In this document: one piece after another, positions 63,012 through 64,000 of the stretch | Position numbering within the stretch: position 1 is the stretch's first letter | How the letters are laid out: each line of letters opens with the position of its first letter | Translations under genes and position numbers: made by a program | Assembly: GCA_964016885.1 (NCBI GenBank) | Contig: OZ024742.1 | Span: forward strand, 277,946,001-278,010,000 | Direction of reading: 5' to 3' | Length of the DNA stretch: 64,000 nucleotides | From: Eledone cirrhosa | Lineage: Eukaryota | The notes under the pieces: generated by a model | What the model was told of the DNA's origin: nothing | The model's database searches: none | The model's input: only the letters and a program-made list of their open reading frames with translations

Positions 63012-64000
63012 TTGTTGTCACACTACCCCCTGACCTCAGGCAGCTCTGTAACCCCTCTTCTACCGCCCTGTACCCTCCGATCCTCCACCCCCTCTACCAA
63101 CAACAAGTCTCCTCCACCATCAAAGACCTTATCGCCTCTTCCCTCTCCCCCCCACCGCTCCCCACCTCATCGTCCGCACCCCCGCACCCCCACCATCTAC
63201 TCCCTCCCGAAAACTCCACAAACCCGACAACCCCGGCCGCCCCATCGTCTCCGCTTGCAACTGCCCCACCGAACTCATCTCCGCTTTTCTCGACTCCATC
63301 CTCGCCCCCCTTGTCACCACCCTCCCCTCCCACATCTCCGACACCAACCACGCCCTCGCGCCTTTTCGACTCCTTCACCTACCCACCCGGGCCCACAGCC
63401 CTTCCTCTTCACCCTAGACATCAAGTCCCTCTATACCGTCATCCCCCACGCCGACGGCCTACGCGCCCTCAAACACTACCTCGACCTTCGCCCCTCCCTC
63501 ATTCCCTCCACCCCACCCTCCTTCGCCTCGCCGAGCTGGTCCTCACCCTCAATTGTTTCTCCTTCTCGGGTGAGTTTTACCAACAGGTCACGGGGGTAGC
63601 CATGGGTACAAGAATGTGCCCGAACTATGCCAACCTTTTGTTGGCAGTGTTGAGGCCCAAATCTTTGCCCAGTACACCGGCCCCACGCCCGATCTGTACG
63701 GTCGTTACATTGACGACTGTATTGGAGCCACGACCCTCACCCGAGAACAGCTCGACTCCTTTCTCTCCTTCTTCTGCTCCTTCCACCCCTCCCTCCACTT
63801 CACCACCTGTATCTCCACCACCTACGTCCACTTCTTAGACATCTCCGTCGCCTTCGACCCCTCCCACCACTCCCTCGTCACCTCCGCCTTCTTCAAACCC
63901 ACCGACTCCCACTCTTACCTCGACTTCACCTCTTCCCACCCCACCCACACTAAACACTCCATTCCCTACTCCCAACTTCTCAGGATCCGCCGCCTCTGTA
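63012..64000 (+). pseudogene. Neptune-like PLE reverse transcriptase fragment, frameshifted, running off the window
   Basis: Motifs across changing frames: YSLPK.H..DNPGRPIVS, FTLDIKSLYTVIPH, GVAMGTRMCPNYANL, RYIDDC, FLDI, KPTDSHSYLDFTSSHP, SIPYSQLLRIRRLC. Confidence 0.85.

Overview
This is AT-rich eukaryotic intergenic or intronic DNA, saturated with microsatellites. The SINE types and (TA)n/(CA)n/(TCTA)n load suggest a cephalopod such as Octopus (inference). No host protein-coding gene is recognisable; nearly everything between the microsatellites is mobile DNA. (1) Five insertions of a Tx1/L1-clade non-LTR retrotransposon group, including one full-length copy with intact ORF1 and ORF2 and a near-identical 5'-truncated copy in tandem with it. 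All five abut (TCTA)n at both junctions, suggesting (GATA)n-microsatellite targeting. (2) Penelope-like element (PLE) remnants of Nematis-, Neptune- and Poseidon-like types, plus about 14 distinct families of PLE-type hammerhead ribozyme motifs. Many lie in asymmetric fold-back insertions in (TA)n, with two reproducible 3' ends per family. (3) Two tRNA-derived SINE families, a bipartite RTE-derived element, CRE- and R4/Dong-like endonuclease fragments, a Helentron-type element, a mariner remnant, a MITE with a 6-bp TSD, one tRNA-Asp(GTC) gene, and a ~4.6 kb almost pure A/T tract with higher-order repeats. All calls are by eye and coordinates are approximate to a few bases.
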